From assembly GCA_905331295.1 (NCBI GenBank), contig CAJNYD010000057.1, positions 62,001 through 126,000 on the forward strand: a DNA stretch of 64,000 nucleotides. The letters are read 5' to 3'. Position numbers and translations under genes: made by a program. Below, one piece after another: positions 55,052 to 64,000 of this stretch. This DNA comes from Rotaria socialis (lineage: Eukaryota). Below the pieces are notes generated by a model. That model searched no databases. It was not told where the DNA came from and saw only the letters and a program-made list of their open reading frames with translations. Each line of letters starts with the position of its first letter. Position 1 is the stretch's first letter.

Positions 55052-58000
55052 TCAAGTTAAGATGCCACCACGTGATTTGATCGTATTTGCTATTTTGAGA
55101 ATTTTGCCAAGACGATCTTTTGAGTTGAGTTTTTTCGGTATGGAAGATGATACACGTTTTTTATTCGTTGATATCTCATGCGGATTATTACTTGATGATG
55201 GAGTTTTTGGCAGTGTTGCAGGTGTTGTTAACAATTTTTTTCGATTACTACTGGATGATGTTGGATCTAAAGAACACAAAAAATAAAAGCCAATAGAGAA
55301 TAAGATAAATTTTACCTTCACTTTTGATTTTCTTTGTTAATTTCTGTGAAAAATAAGAGAAAATATGTTAATAAAAAGAAAACTTAAATTTCATATGTTA
55401 CAGTTACTTTTTCTGTGTCTGTTGATGATTTCGATTTGGATTTTTCTATAAAAAAAAGGAAAGAAATTCTTTTTTTAAAACAATATTTTATGTTTACTTG
55501 TTGAAATTTTCTTATCCGAGGCACTGTGTTCTCGTTTCGTTTTAGTTTCTTTACTTGGCTGATCTAAATTGAATAGATTCGTTTTTTAAATTTATCAAAA
55601 ATTAAAATTTTAACTTACAATAATCATCATTGATTGAAGAACTTTTAACGAATGATGCAAGACCACCATCGGCTATACCTTCTAACAATTCATTATTATC
55701 ATGAATTTCATTAATATCTGTATTTGATTCGCTAGGAATCAACGAAAAATTCGTATCATTTGATGAACTATTGACATCTTTATCAGGTTCGTCATGAATT
55801 GATCTATTGAAACAGAAATATTATTTTTTTTTAAATAAATCGACTATGACTAAAATCAATGAGTTTCGCGACACTGCTTAGAATTGGAGTTATCTCAGTT
55901 TATTTATCCTGATAGGACAAAAGGAAATCCAGAAGAATTCGAAGCTAAAACCGACCGTTCTCAGATTCTGATATATTGGTAATCGACGCGCATTATAAAT
56001 CTTCACTCAGAAAATGTTTTGATTATAATCAAAATGAAAACAACTTACTGATTATTAGCAGGTTGAATAAAACGTTGTCGTTTTGCTTCGAGATCTAAAT
56101 AAAAATATTAAACCAAAGTTACATTTACTAATCGATTCTTACCAAGTGTATAGCTTATTTTAGGTAGTTCTTCCTGTTTGACTGGAACATCATTTGCATT
56201 TGAGCTAAAAATTTGTTTTTAATGAAAAACAATTCATCTATAAGCTTTTTCTCTAATTACATTTTCTGTTGCTTGGCAGATGATGTTGTTTGGGCAGCTT
56301 TTTTCTTACTTAGACTTGGTGTCATTTCTCTATTATTGTTTGGTTTTCTACAACCACTTAATGTTGTTTTAATAGTTAATTTCATACCAGCGCCCACTGA
56401 TGAATCTTTGTTTTTAATATTTTCAGTTTCCGATGATAAACGACGACATTGCACTTTGATCTTTTTTTAAAATATAAATAAATAAAAGCTATCGACATAA
56501 TTATAACAAACTTTGGTTTTGTTCATATGAGCTAGTTCTTGTTTTGGTTCCATAGGAAGTACAAGTTTAATTGGACTTGCAAGAATACTCTTTGATAGTG
56601 GCTTAGAAACACATGCCGAGCCACAACGTGTCTAATAGATGATCAAAATATTGTTGTATGTATTTATAATTAACACGTGAGAATCAATGTCCTTCTGAGT
56701 GCTTAGTTAGAAAATGTCAAACTGAAATGTTTATTAAATAAAACTAGAAAACATCAATATGCTTTTGAATTGCATCAACTGAGAGTTCTAAAATGTTTAA
56801 ATTTTTTTCAAACTGTGGAAAAAATCTGCTTGAATATAAAAGTACATCGTGCAGTCAATTTTGTCGGCATGAAAAACGTCAACGAACAGACTTATTTGTG
56901 ATGCATAGTTAAGCTAGAACCGCACAGTATTAATTATTTTGCTACGAATGATAAAAATACTTAGAAGGACAATAATTCTATCGCGTTCATTACATTTCAA
57001 AGGCGACTTACTTTTGCTATATCAAGTTCGCGTGCAAGATCACGCAAAACTTTTTCACAATTAATACCTTTAGGTATAATTGAACGATTTCGAGTTTGAT
57101 ACTAAACGAAAAAATTAAAATAAACATTAAAATAATTTTTTTTTCCGATTAATCAATGAAAGCAGCAAAATAAAATGATTTGCTTATTTTTTTTATAAAT
57201 AAGGCTAAAGAAAAGAAAATGAAGCAGCATAACAATAATTGTCAGTATTAGAATAATAAGCGATAATATCCGCGAGCAAGTAGATGGAACAAAAAAAAAT
57301 GTCAACAATCAATAACTATTTATATTATTATTACCATTACAAAATTTTTAAGTGATCCTGACGATAGAACATGCCGGCTATCATTGATTTTCCACTAGAA
57401 GGTTTTAGAAATTACTTCAATAAAACAATTTTTGATTTTAATCAAACTATTATGCAGTTAAAGCAATAAAAATATAAGCATACTGATTCCTATTTAGAAA
57501 CTTATAAATCTTAGTCTTGTTCTTACTCGTTTATCAGCTGATACCCATTTACTCATATAGTGAATAATCGATTCGCATGCATGTTGAGTAATCGGATTGA
57601 TGACTGATGAATTAGATTCATTACATTCTAAAAAGAAGACTTGCAAAAAACAAACAATACGTAAAACAGATTTACCTTTGAGTTCTTCGTAGAACGTTTT
57701 AGCAGCATACCAATGAAACGTTTCAAAAAGTGGAAATTGAAATTTATTTGGAACTTGTGCGAGACGTTCAAGTTCATAAATGCTAAAATAAATGATATCA
57801 TGGAAAGTTTTAATTCTAAAGCACGAATTTCAAGATCAGTTTAATTATAGGGAATAAATCTAACGTTTTCTTAATGATTAGAAAATTCTAGGTGTTTATT
57901 ATATATGACTACCGATATTCAAGGTTGACCACTAAGAGGAATCGTATTGATACATTTTAACAGTGTTCTCTTCATATTTTTCTCTCTATATATGCCAACA

Positions 58001-60005
58001 CGATGGCTTCGACAGTGAGAAAGAATTTGATACGAACTTACATCTCGCTTAAATGTACGATAGTGAGATTTAATATGGAAACCTACCGAAGTTGCATATC
58101 AATCCCCATTGATTGAAGAAAATTACCACCGAAAACAAGCGAATCTGTTACTGTGTATACGGCATGAATCCATCTAGAAAAAGAAGAGAACAAAATCTTT
58201 CTACACAAGAAAACAACAGCAAATAGACAAACCCAGGTGGTATTAAGATCGTATTTTCTTCGCGCAAATGCATTTTATAGCAGTGAGATACATTATCACC
58301 TAGAAATACTTCAGATTCAGTTGGTGATCCTGACCATTCAGCATATTTTTGTAAATTTTCATCCGTGGGTTCGATTATGTAAAATATTTTTTCACCCTTA
58401 ATTAATAAAAGTTTGTTAGTCTTATGCAAAAATCATAACAAGAAATTTACTCGAACAACAGAATACCAAACACTTGAACCACCGAAATCTACATGGAAAT
58501 CTGTATAAGATGATTGCGGACTTAGCAAACAATATTTTGCTACTTCAGGGCGTTCGAAATTTTCGAAATGATTTGCATCCAATGTCTCAAATTGTTCATC
58601 TTCACTTTGATCGGTATCTGTTGATGAGATTGTTCGACGTTTCTTTTTCAATAATGGTGTTTGTAATGGCCATGTGCTTTTCTTCAGTATTCCATTGGAA
58701 TCTATTTCTTCGTCATCTGGTTTTTTAATAGGCCATACGCCTATTGTAGCCCACGATATATCTCGTACAATTTTCGGCGTAACAACTTGTTCGCCCAATC
58801 TTAATTAATAAAAATTTATTCAGAAATTCATATTATTATAGTTGAATGAACAATAGAATAAATAGCGTGTTTTTCTTCTGTTTAAATTATTTATTATTTA
58901 TATCCCTGATTTTCAGCGTAAGGGTCGACTCTGAATCGTACTCTTAGTATCAACTAAACCTATATAATCTAGTCTTTATTTTTTTGTAAAACTAAATAAA
59001 TTTCAATTCATACTTAGTATTTGATATTTCCAAACTGAGAACATTATAAATTTTACTTCTTTCAAAATTTTCATAATATTCAATGTAATCATCTAAATTC
59101 ATTTTATAAGTCACTTGTTTTTCACAGTCAATGATGTCAATAAAACGATCTTGTCCTAAACAAGAAGTAAACTTTTGTTTTATCAAAAAAACGAACCAAA
59201 AATATTTCATACCAACAGCGTCACGAATTTCTGCTAATGTTATTGTTCGATTCGGTAATGTCATATCGAGACCATCTCGATTTGAAATTAATATTGGTTG
59301 TGTAAAACCATATTTTGCTAAATATTCAGGAGTTAAATGATTGCCTTTTAATCGAGTTACAACAGATTCGCAGCTAAACAAAAACAAAATATATATTTAG
59401 ACATTCAAATAAACCGTTGTTTAGTCGTAAAAATAGATTCTATACCCGGGAAATATTCTTCTTTTTAATTTATTAATGAAATCAGGTGTACCGCTTTGTG
59501 TAGGCTATGAGAAAGAAAAAACAAAAGCGAATAGAAACAGATTTTTCTATGTATATTTATAACTCTACTTTATTATCTGCATTTGCATCACTGTAATCTC
59601 TTCGATGTTGATTTTTTCGTTGTTTAACTAAAACAAAAGTTAGAACGATTAAGATGTTTGTTTTTTGTCTTCTTCATTTCCTATCTTACAAATTGAAGGT
59701 CCATGTTGTTTTGAACATTCATGACAAAAGTATTTTTCAATGTCATCTATTTAAAAACTAGATTTTAAAAAAGTGTTCAACAGAAAACAGCAGCCTTTAC
59801 CAGCAATTCGATCGGATAAATCTATACATTTACCATGAAACCAACCACTACATCCATCACATTCAATCATAAAGTCATTATCATCTTCATTTAATTCATC
59901 TTCACGCTTTTGACATATACAATAACGTGGTTCATCATTTAAACTCGGCGGAGAAGGTGAATTTTTTGTTTTTGATTTTTCACTTGTCGCATGTCTCTGA
60001 GACAT
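55052..60005 (-). CDS. PHD + JmjC histone demethylase of the KDM7/PHF8/PHF2 family, multi-exon
   Basis: N-terminal PHD YCICQ...[16 protein letters not shown]. JmjC motifs [20 protein letters not shown] and [17 protein letters not shown] (H-x-D...H intact). C-terminal [10 protein letters not shown]. Confidence 0.93.
56672..56987. mobile_element. Decayed MITE in a demethylase intron, possibly piggyBac-like
   Basis: About 30-bp imperfect inverted repeat aacacgtgagaatcaatgtccttctgagtgctt vs aaatacttagaaggacaataattctatcgcgtt. TTAA at the left end. Confidence 0.45.
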
Positions 60006-60464
60006 GATAGGTTTATGACAGAAGAAAAAAATTAAAATACGAATTCGTGATTTTATTGATTAATATCCATTGATTCGTGTTGGTTTTTTTTGATAAAGAT
60101 ATATTTAGAACGATAAAAATACGACTCACACTAGCGCTCAAATAAATAAGTAGGAAAAAAAAATATTACAATATGTCATTACTTATTATGCGAAACAGGA
60201 CAAATGGCTGGAATAGAATAGCAGAGTAGTTATAGATGTCACTCACAAACAGATAAATGACAGCGCGTGGTTGATACACGAAATAAATTGAGCGTTTAGT
60301 ATAATATACTGAGAAAAGATTGAAATTGAAGTGCACTGATGTCTTTTTAGAAAAATATTTTTATTTTTGTTTCTAGGCTATGAATCGAATTGATAGACAT
60401 GCTCGTAATAAAAAGAAAGGTAGTTCATATTTAATCGGAGATTGTTTCGTTCTTGAAATAGGTT

Positions 60465-61299
60465 TTAGCCACTCATTGTTGTTTTTCCAGCTTTTTCCAT
60501 GGCTCGTTTGTACGCTGGTCGTTCACGCATTGCTTGTACATATCGAGACAAATTCGTGTTGGTTGCTTCACTAGTATTTGATCGTTTCATAAGCATTTCT
60601 ACGGCAAAACTTGCCTAAACCAGATAAAGAACGTGTAAAACTCTATAAAGCAAAAGTTGATTCGTTTACTTGAATATCAGCACCAGAAAATTGTTCACCG
60701 GCTAACCATTTTCTTTTTCCTAATTCACCTTCAAGAAAATCCAAATGTGTATTGATATTTGGTCCGAGATAGAGATCATCCACTTTTTTGCAAATAGCAT
60801 TTACAATAGGCTTGACGACCCATGGTGCTTGTTTTTGTAGATTTTGAAAGATAAATTTCATAACTAGGATTGGCATTAAACTACCTTCAACATAGTGAAG
60901 AAACTCAAAAAGAAAAAAATGTATTATTGCTGGTTTTTACATCAACGCAGTGAAAATCACTGCAGTACCTACATAATCATACTGAAATAAATCATCTTCG
61001 TTTGTTGGTTGTAAATTTTTACTTTTACCATATTTTTTAATAAGATAATCAATAATAAAACCAGATTCGGCAACAACTCTATCACCATCTTTGATCACAG
61101 GACTCTTACCAAGTGGATGAACCTGTTTTAATTCAGGCGGTGCAAGTTTATCAGGTCCACGTTGGACTTTTTCAATTACATATGGTATTTGTAATTCTTC
61201 CAGCAAAAATAATATTCTATCAGCGCGACTATCGTTCAACCAATAGAGTTTTATTGATGGAACATTCGAATCCGTCGTAGTATTCTGAATGTCAGTCAT
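60465..61299 (-). CDS. Glutathione S-transferase, GTT1-like class (3 exons)
   Basis: Motifs LYWLNDSRADRILFLLEEL, LAPPELKQVHPLGKSPVI, VAESGFIIDYL, FLHYVEGSLMP, WLAGEQFSGADIQ and ERPAYKRA. Stop at 60465. Confidence 0.92.
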
Positions 61300-62682
61300 T
61301 GTTATGTAACCGTTGAAAATACAAATGGAGAAATAATTTTATTATTACCAACGTATAGCCGACAGAATGATGAAAATGCACGCTTGTGACGTCTTTTATT
61401 ATTCTCTTTTTCTTGACTTTCTCTCCGTTCTGTTACTTATCATAGACTCTTCTTATATAATGTGCAACGACCCCACATAGTAGAATATTATACAGCAACA
61501 GTCAACATACAATCGAACATTATAAAATAGCTTTAGATCTTAAGGTATAAAAGCTTAGGTGAGTCATCTTGAAGATTAGACGAAGTACGTTTTGGTATGA
61601 TAATTTAGTTTGTCATTTTAATATTTAACTGTTAAAATGATATGCAATCTTTCAACACAAAAAAAAAGGAAATAAAGCAAATATTTTTTTTCGTTATGTA
61701 AATTCTAGATACGCATGCTACACTTGAATATTGAATGTGTCGATATATGGACTAGTAAAAATTTACTCTCAACAATGATACTAGTCTATTTTGCCATTGA
61801 GGATGTAGATTTTTCTTTTTTCATAAATTTAACAATAGCATCGCTGATTAGTTTAAATCTTTCTATCTTTATTCTTTCTAAAGATAAAATCATTGTATTC
61901 AAATAAAATAAATCTACTTCATAATGCCTCGTTGATTCTGTTCTTTTGACACGCCCGTCGATCGAGACGATAATAAAAAGGCTAGTGAACTAGAATTATT
62001 ACATGAACATGTAATCGGCTTGCGCTAAGTACCCTATCTGTTGATGAACTATTGATAAGTATATATCACATAAAATGTTATCGACATAGACATTCGAAGA
62101 ATAATTTTGCGAAAGAAACGTAATCATTAGACGTTTTTATCCTTTTATGTTCGTTGTTTTGAATAGAAAAATGAGTGATATTTTTTTATTTTTCCAAATC
62201 AAAGTCATATAAATTTTTCTTTTTTTTTAATTAATAGGAACTAAATTGTTTTTTATATAACAGCAATATAGAGGACAGAACACGAGAAGAATTTTGATGA
62301 TGGCTACCGTTTTGACATTTTTTTTTCTTTTTCTTTCTCTTTCTTCTTCTATTGACTTTATCGGTGCCTGCATACACTCGTTTACGTGAATGGGCAAAAG
62401 AAACTGAGATATTGCACATAACGAACCTCAATATATGAAATCTCACCTTGAACAGTAGATATTAACTTCCAATTTTCTAGAAAATTGATGTATACATTTA
62501 TACTATCGTATATTTTCAATAAAAATCATAATTTTCAGTGATTGTTATTGTAACACTTTATACATATGTATATACTTTATTTTAGATAAACATATTCACC
62601 TCATCCATTCATTCTTCTCGTTCTACTATTATTACATTTTTTTATACACGCGTGCACACATAAACGTCAGTAGAGTAAAACA

Positions 62683-63439
62683 ATGGCTCCTAAGAAGAGT
62701 AAAGCCGCGAAAGCATTATTAAAAAAAACTGGAACAATGGCGGCTACTGCAGCTGTAAGAAATAAGAAAGATTTTATTTTTTTAGATTCTTTTTATTGTT
62801 TGAATTCTTTAGGCTGGCCAAGAATTTTTAAAACAATCATGGGGTGAAGATAAATTAAATCGAGTTAATGCCTTACTTGGCGCCCGTGATAAAACAGATG
62901 CAAGTGCTACTGATGATGATGATGCAGCAGCAGCAACAACATCGAGTTCAACTCCTGTTGATGCAACAACTGCTTCGTCAAGTGCTTCAAGTAGCACAAA
63001 GGTTAAGCCTAAATTAGTAAAAGCACGTACTATGAAAAATACTGCAAAAGTAAGTGAAATTGAATCGTAAAAAGAAACAAATAGATATTAATTCTATTAA
63101 TTTTCAAAGGAAGCTAAAACATTAATCGGTTCAGCAGTTCTTGGTGATACACGTGCAGAAACAAAACGAAGACAAGCAGCTGTTAAAGCTAAAAAAACTC
63201 TTGAAGAAGTAACTAAGCCAACAAGTGGACGTAAACCAGCTCTTAAACGACTCGGTACAATGGCTAATACAGCACGTGTAAATATTTTCTTAAGACAATT
63301 TTCTTTTCTTCAATTTAATTCTTATGTTTAACAGGAAGGTAAAGCATATGTTAAACGAACTGGTGGTAATAAAAAGAACGGTAGAGCTACAAGCGCAGGA
63401 AAACGAACTGGTGGTCGCGGCAAAAAAGCTACAAAATAA
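62683..63439 (+). CDS. 193-aa Lys/Ala/Thr-rich basic protein with three copies of an L-x3-(G/R)TM-xx-TA-x-(E/A)(G/A) motif (exons 62683-62754, 62813-63049, 63110-63277, 63335-63439)
   Basis: Four exons with three phase-0 GT-AG introns, open from MAPKKSKAAK to GRGKKATK*. Confidence 0.85.
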
Positions 63440-64000
63440 ATATCAAGAATAACCAAAGACTAATTTATTTCCAAGCGTGGTTTCTTGATATTGATATTAT
63501 GATCAACATTATCTTTAGCTTGTTTTCTTTCTTTTTTTCTTTTGACGTGCCACGCTTTTATTTAAAATCATGTTTTAGAATTATACTTACAGACAAAATC
63601 TCGTGTTCGATTTTCTACTTTTTCGTCGTTTAGCAACACATTTTCGTGTTTGCTTGGCACTTTTTAAATTGTATATCGTGATTTGAGGTTGATGTGTATA
63701 GTTTGTGCTACTCGTGCGTGTTATATGTGTGCGTAATCGAAAATTGTTTGCTTGAATCCGTTCTATTTTTCATAATTACGATTCTACTTTTTGTCCAATT
63801 TTTTTACGGACATGATAGTGGATTATAGATTTTATTATCCAACAGTTTGTTTTGTATAACTCAAGGTAGTAGTACGAGATCTCCCGATCATTCTTTTCTC
63901 TTCAATTTACAATGATATATCAAAAGTGTGATGTACCCTCTCCGTGGATTTTCAATATACACAAGAAACAAAAAAATAGTTTTTTTTTTTTTATAATAGT

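Noticed and set aside
62683..63439. Histone H1 assignment for the Lys-rich gene
   Set aside because: No winged-helix globular domain motifs; only the composition is similar.

Overview
AT-rich eukaryotic genomic DNA with compact genes and mostly 50-65 bp GT-AG introns. The style and gene content (expanded TPR and F-box-like families, small DNA-transposon MITEs, several genes of bacterial or fungal type) suggest a bdelloid rotifer, but this is inferred, not proven. Recognisable genes are a PTB-domain protein, COMT plus a decayed tandem copy, a single-granulin protein, an extracellular Cu/Zn SOD with a GPI-like tail, a BAZ1/ACF1/WSTF-like remodeller subunit, Pur-alpha, calmodulin, DNAJB11, coronin, CCDC47, a TPR protein, TatD, a PHF8/KDM7-like demethylase and a GTT1-like GST. 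Manual splicing recovered genes the ORF track misses. The most notable is a 184-aa six-exon gene (36941-37842) that resembles a stand-alone PARP4 C-terminal vault-binding (MVP-interaction) domain. Others are a Lys-rich protein built from three repeats each interrupted by an intron at the same position, a 46-aa SHOCT-like microprotein, an MGC lipidation exon on the TPR gene, and two alternative coiled-coil terminal exons in coronin. A single N at 5116 sits at the edge of a ~250 bp inverted duplication and may mark an assembly artefact. All homology calls come from motif recognition by eye; no searches were run.
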